Below, one piece after another: positions 59,690-64,000 of a DNA stretch of 64,000 nucleotides (the stretch's first letter is position 1; every line of letters begins with the position of its first letter). The DNA comes from Gammaproteobacteria bacterium. Lineage in GTDB: Bacteria > Pseudomonadota > Gammaproteobacteria > Pseudomonadales > Azotimanducaceae. The notes beneath the pieces are model-generated. The model saw nothing but the letters and a program-made list of their open reading frames with translations. It did not search any database and was not told where the DNA came from. A program made the position numbers and the translations under genes. The stretch is taken from contig JAPOXV010000026.1 in assembly GCA_026706935.1 (NCBI GenBank), forward strand, positions 27,721-91,720, written 5' to 3'.

Positions 59690-59854
59690 AATCGAAAATG
59701 TTCGCATCCCTTAAAGAAAACGGGCAGGAAGTTTAGCGAAGTTTTCGCCGAACTGCTGTGATCGCGTCCTTCAATGGTGGATTTGTTAAAACGCAATCTT
59801 CGACTCCGCATTTCGAGTCTGGGATTCGTAGACGATCAGATCTGGGACGTTCTT

Positions 59855-61504
59855 TCAACTGGCTTCACTGCTACTCTGTACCTTACCTGTTTCGCGTTCA
59901 TTCCCAAGCAGCGCACGAGCGATCTCTCGAGCTTCATCAAGCGTATCAACCGTTTGAACTTCAGTCATGTTTCGAAGTACATCGAATGCCTCGAAGGTGT
60001 CCTCGACGGTGTCCGACATACCAACGACGATGACCTCTGTTTTCTCAGCGATCGCAACTTGCATCAGTTGCTCGATAACGAGAGCCGAACTATCGTCAAC
60101 ATGGATCGTCTCTGTTAAGTCAAAAATGACGATTTCATGTTCTTTGATGTCAACGCTGAACGTACTCACCAAACGGTGTGAGGACGCGACCGTAAACACG
60201 CCTCGCAGCGCAACTAAACCCACGCGCGCAGCGAATTGATCGAGATCTTCATCCTCTGGATCTAGGAACTGCCGATCAAGGAGAGGCACTGAAACGACGT
60301 TATCGAGTTCCAAGTCTTCTAGTTTGCGCGCATGCACCATGCCGGCTGCGATCAGTCCGACTGTCACGCCTACCACCAAGTCGATGAACACCGTGATCGC
60401 CATCGTGGTCAACATGACAACGATGAAGCCTCTCGGAATTTTGTGCGCGCCGAGAACACTGCGCCAGTCTATGATGTCGATACCAATCTTTAACAAGATT
60501 CCGGCCAGTACCGCATGTGGTATTGGCGATAGGTAGTTGCCTAGTCCCAGCACCACCAAGAGCATGAGTAGACCGTAAATCGTTCCAGATGCTCTCGACG
60601 AGCCACCAGCTCGCAGATTGGTCAGAGTCCCTAAGGTGTTACCCGCACCGGCGATGCCGCCGAACATACCGGCGATGATGTTGCCAAGTCCTTGGCCAAC
60701 CAACTCTCTGTTCGGTTTATGTCGAGTACCGGTGACCGAATCCGAGATTAACGAAACGAGTAGGCTATCTACGGATCCAATCAAGGCGATGATGAATGCG
60801 GGTTCGATCGCACGCAATACAAACTCAGAATCTGGAACCATTAGCGCGAACATCGGCAATCCGGTTGGAATTTCACCTAGGATCGGCGCGTCCGTAAGCC
60901 AGAACATACCGAGCGCGGTACCCACGATTAATGCAACAACGGGACCCGGTAGATAGGTCGATATCCGGCGAGGCCATGCGGCAGCAATCGTAAAAGAAAT
61001 CGCTGCGAGCGCGAGGGCACTGTAGTTCAAATTGGTAATCGATCGCGTAAATGTCTGAATCGACTCGATTGGGCTTCCCATCGCTGGCATGCCCGTGAGT
61101 GGTAATAGCTGAATCAAAATGATGATGACGCCAATTCCAGACATAAACCCAGAGATAACGGCCTGAGGCGTGTACACGATGTAACGGCCTATTCGGGTTA
61201 AACCCAATACGACCTGAATACATCCACTCATTGCAACGATCGTCAACGCTTCAACAATCGTTGTTGCGTGACTCGCGACAATCACTGCTACTGCGACCGC
61301 CATGGGTCCTGTAGGTCCTGAAATCTGCGTCCTCGTACCACCGAAAAGCGACGCAAAAAGTCCAACGCCGACCGCTCCATAAAGACCCGCTTCGGCTCCA
61401 AGTCCTGAGGCTATGCCGAATGCGAGTGACGCAGGCAACATGACGACGGCAGCCGTCACCCCACCAAAAACGTCGCCGACAAATGCGCGAAAGCTGTAAT
61501 TCAT
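59855..61504 (-). CDS. SulP-family anion (sulfate) permease with a C-terminal STAS domain
   Basis: 549-aa polytopic ORF. The N-terminus DVFGGVTAAVVMLPASLAFGIASG and QISGPTGPMAV match SulP. The soluble C-terminal domain is STAS-like. Confidence 0.9.
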   Translation of the reverse strand: MNYSFRAFVGDVFGGVTAAVVMLPASLAFGIASGLGAEAGLYGAVGVGLFASLFGGTRTQISGPTGPMAVAVAVIVASHATTIVEALTIVAMSGCIQVVLGLTRIGRYIVYTPQAVISGFMSGIGVIIILIQLLPLTGMPAMGSPIESIQTFTRSITNLNYSALALAAISFTIAAAWPRRISTYLPGPVVALIVGTALGMFWLTDAPILGEIPTGLPMFALMVPDSEFVLRAIEPAFIIALIGSVDSLLVSLISDSVTGTRHKPNRELVGQGLGNIIAGMFGGIAGAGNTLGTLTNLRAGGSSRASGTIYGLLMLLVVLGLGNYLSPIPHAVLAGILLKIGIDIIDWRSVLGAHKIPRGFIVVMLTTMAITVFIDLVVGVTVGLIAAGMVHARKLEDLELDNVVSVPLLDRQFLDPEDEDLDQFAARVGLVALRGVFTVASSHRLVSTFSVDIKEHEIVIFDLTETIHVDDSSALVIEQLMQVAIAEKTEVIVVGMSDTVEDTFEAFDVLRNMTEVQTVDTLDEAREIARALLGNERETGKVQSSSEAS

Positions 61505-61844
61505 TGATATGCTGGCTTCGTCTAACTCAGACGAAACGTTCGATTAGTCGGACATCCTTTTCTTAATCTGCGGTTCACTGGATTAGCCAGAGTCACCAGT
61601 GCCGTCGCGTTCTGTCGAAATAGTATCGATTTGGTTTAGACTCAAATTGTTTGAAGGCGCGAACCAAGCCAAAACGGTATCCAATTCTCTTGTTCGCGCA
61701 TGCTCAGGTCGACCGCGATAGTCTTGAAGCGTTTTCCGTCTCTATCAAAGGAAAAACTACCCTTACACCGTCTGGATACTCGGCAAAAAGAGCTGCCAAA
61801 ATCTATAATCTCCGCGCTTCATCCACCTTGCCGATAGGTCCAAT

Positions 61845-62123
61845 TTGAGCGAAGCGCAACGTCAAACGCGCATCATTTACCAAGCATTCTGTGAAATCGC
61901 TGGCAATGGCAAGGACCTTATTCGACCGGGCGATGTAATCGAATTGTTGCGCTCAAGAGACCATCCCCTCGATATCTGGTATGTCAACGGCGAATTCGCG
62001 CGTTTGGCGGCACTTGATCTCATTAAACTGGATGAAGATGCGGGCCATTGGCAACTCGTACCAGATCAGGATTTTGACCTGGCTGCTGAGACGGTTAACG
62101 GAAATTGGGAGCAGCTTCCTTAA
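61845..62123 (+). CDS. Hypothetical protein
   Basis: 92-aa ORF with a TTG start. I recognise no motif. Confidence 0.35.
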   Translation: MSEAQRQTRIIYQAFCEIAGNGKDLIRPGDVIELLRSRDHPLDIWYVNGEFARLAALDLIKLDEDAGHWQLVPDQDFDLAAETVNGNWEQLP

Positions 62124-62138
62124 CTCGCAACGATTGAG

Positions 62139-63029
62139 CTAGTTAATACGCTCCACGCATCGTTTAGCTACGTCTGCCAAGACCGAATCAGTGAGACCTA
62201 GCTGTTTCAACTCGTCCAAAGCCTTACCAAGTAATTCGTGGGCATACGCAGTTGCTTGATCTATGCCTAACAGAACGGGAAAGGTCTGCTTTCCTAATCG
62301 CTCGTCCTGTCCGATCGGCTTTCCTGTGACATCGCTGGGCTGACTGCAATCGATCACGTCGTCGACAACCTGAAATGCTTCCCCGAGATACGTACCGAAG
62401 CGACGCATACCAACAGCGAGTTGATCGTCTTGGTTTTCTTCGCCGATGATGCGCCCAATATCTACAGCTGCCACGAAAAACTCACCCGTCTTCGCGGCGT
62501 GTAAGCGCCGCAATTCCTCAAGGCGAAGCTCCGAGTACTTCGTCAACCGGATATCCCATGCTTGTCCCCCTACCATACCGTGCCATCCAGCGGCTCGGGA
62601 AACCACTTTCGCGATTTCTAGGCGTTTTTCTCGTGGGATGTCCTCACAATCCAGTATGACGTTAAACGAGAACGGTTGGAGCGCATCGCCTATGAGCGTT
62701 GCCATCGCGGGTCCGAATACTCTGTGGCAACTCGGCTGCCCCCTTCGTGTGTCCGCGTCGTCCATGACAGGAAGGTCATCGTGGACTAACGAATAAGCGT
62801 GCATGCACTCGAGTGCACAAGCACAATCGAGCGCATTTTCGTATGAATCAGAAAGTGTGTGGGTTGCCGCACAAACAAGAGAACCCCGTAGCCGTTTTCC
62901 ACCATTGAGAACGGCGTAGCGCATGCCATCCACTAGGGCTTGTGAGTGTCCTGACTCAGTAGGAAGAATAGCGTCCAAGCGCGATTCGATCGCTGTGACA
63001 AACTCGTCAAGCAACCCTTCTGTACTCAT
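62139..63029 (-). CDS. ispA: (2E,6E)-farnesyl diphosphate synthase
   Basis: It has two Asp-rich motifs (LVHDDLPVMDDADTRRG and FQVVDDVID). It lies downstream of xseB, as in E. coli. Confidence 0.93.
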   Translation of the reverse strand: MSTEGLLDEFVTAIESRLDAILPTESGHSQALVDGMRYAVLNGGKRLRGSLVCAATHTLSDSYENALDCACALECMHAYSLVHDDLPVMDDADTRRGQPSCHRVFGPAMATLIGDALQPFSFNVILDCEDIPREKRLEIAKVVSRAAGWHGMVGGQAWDIRLTKYSELRLEELRRLHAAKTGEFFVAAVDIGRIIGEENQDDQLAVGMRRFGTYLGEAFQVVDDVIDCSQPSDVTGKPIGQDERLGKQTFPVLLGIDQATAYAHELLGKALDELKQLGLTDSVLADVAKRCVERIN

Positions 63030-63076
63030 CCGTACGACCAGTTATCGAGCTATAGTTAGTCAGCAGTATGCGATAG

Positions 63077-63301
63077 CTAGGATTCGTCGTCAGCCCCTTC
63101 TGAATCGTCGTTTTCCGTTAACTCAATCACTTTTAGACGTGCTTCATCGAGCATGTTCTTACACTGTTCAGATAGCTCCATGCCCCGTTCGAACGCCTTC
63201 AGTTGCTCCGCAAGTGAGAGTTCACCATTCTCAAGACCTTCGACAACGCGCTCCAATTCCGCTAGCGTACTTTCAAAATCCGCTTCTTTTTTCTCGCTCA
63301 C
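63077..63301 (-). CDS. xseB: Exodeoxyribonuclease VII small subunit
   Basis: 74-aa helical ORF. FESTLAELERVVEGLENGELSLAEQLKAFERGMEL is typical of XseB. Confidence 0.9.
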   Translation of the reverse strand: MSEKKEADFESTLAELERVVEGLENGELSLAEQLKAFERGMELSEQCKNMLDEARLKVIELTENDDSEGADDES

Positions 63302-63415
63302 GATGTACGATCTTTTAACTAGGCTACGACACGCGATTTTAAAAAAGCCAGAGATGGCATTGAACCACGCAAGTGAAGTACCATCCTGTCATGCGTCCTC
63401 AGACGCGACTAGGCT

Positions 63416-64000
63416 TTATCTGGTCTCGCCGCTCGATAGTCTGATTAGAACTTCATTGCGTCGAAACATAGGCGGCGTGAAGGGGCCGTTATACACCGCT
63501 GAAATCGGTTCACCGAGAGATGTTAGTCCGTCGCGCTTCAGCGACGCCCGTAGAGCGTCAGCATACCGCAAGAACCGTTCCTCAGTAATTCTGCCTCTGT
63601 AGCGCAATACGGCGAACTGGCCGCCCGGCTCTTCCGTCAGAGTCACGCGCTTGTCGTTGGGTTCGGGCAACGAGTCTCTGTCATATGAGCGTTCCATCAC
63701 GAAACGATAGACGGTGGATCTACCTTTTTCGTCTTCGATTCGTTCCCTGGTCACAGGAATCGTCATTTTCATGGACACGGACTCTGTGTCTTCAGGATCA
63801 TTTCGATCTACCCGTCGATTGTCGCCGAAGATATAACCAGCCAGGCGCTGGAATGCTGCATTGCCAGTGCGGTCAAAATCACCGGAAACACGCGTCTCAG
63901 CGACTAGATAGCTCGCATACTCCCGGATTTCGTAATCATCGGTCTGCTGAAGTACCTCGTATTCGGGTTCTTCATACGCTTCTGCGGTGTTAGCCACGAG
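63416..64000 (-). CDS. SOUL/heme-binding-protein-family protein (probably continues beyond the right edge)
   Basis: EEPEYEVLQQTDDYEIREYASYLVAETRV...GNAAFQRLAGYIFGDN matches SOUL-family proteins. The frame is still open at base 64000, and the track start is only a GTG. Confidence 0.75.
   Translation of the reverse strand, partial: LVANTAEAYEEPEYEVLQQTDDYEIREYASYLVAETRVSGDFDRTGNAAFQRLAGYIFGDNRRVDRNDPEDTESVSMKMTIPVTRERIEDEKGRSTVYRFVMERSYDRDSLPEPNDKRVTLTEEPGGQFAVLRYRGRITEERFLRYADALRASLKRDGLTSLGEPISAVYNGPFTPPMFRRNEVLIRLSSGETR

Overview
This 64-kb window looks like a gammaproteobacterial chromosome segment. All calls come from reading the ORF translations and DNA by eye; no database search was run. 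The core gene order resembles Pseudomonas: infB-nusA-rimP, then tRNA-Met/tRNA-Leu-secG-tpiA-glmM-ftsH, then greA-carBA-dapB-dnaJ-dnaK-grpE-hrcA, recN-bamE, rnfH-ratA/smpB, and later ssrA, a SulP permease and ispA-xseB. The tmRNA tag reads ANDDNYALAA. Several accessory insertions interrupt this backbone.

1. About 4.5 kb lies between an initiator-like tRNA-Met and rimP. It carries hipBA, a kinase-like gene, an SRPBCC gene and an ABM monooxygenase.
2. A CoA-transferase and an 825-aa ankyrin-repeat protein sit between bamE and rnfH.
3. A roughly 0.93-kb cassette carries a retropepsin-like protease. It is flanked by a 43-nt imperfect direct repeat that duplicates the 3' end of an SDR gene.
4. There are two decayed toxin-antitoxin loci: a frameshifted DUF497/BrnT toxin with an intact HTH antitoxin, and an orphan FitA/VapB-like antitoxin.
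5. An sqdB-sqdD-sqdC-like sulfolipid operon is present.
6. A roughly 13-kb island with no integrase abuts the 3' end of ssrA.

The ssrA island holds a complete type I R-M system (long HsdM, HsdS, HsdR and a coupled DUF45/COG1451 metalloprotease). It also holds the two most interesting candidates in the window. One is a CBS-pair protein with a C-terminal Rx4H HEPN-like domain. The other is a directly abutting gene pair: a nucleoside-phosphorylase-family domain fused to TPR-like repeats, followed by an ImmA/IrrE metalloprotease with no HTH partner. I interpret the pair as a possible uncharacterised anti-phage module.
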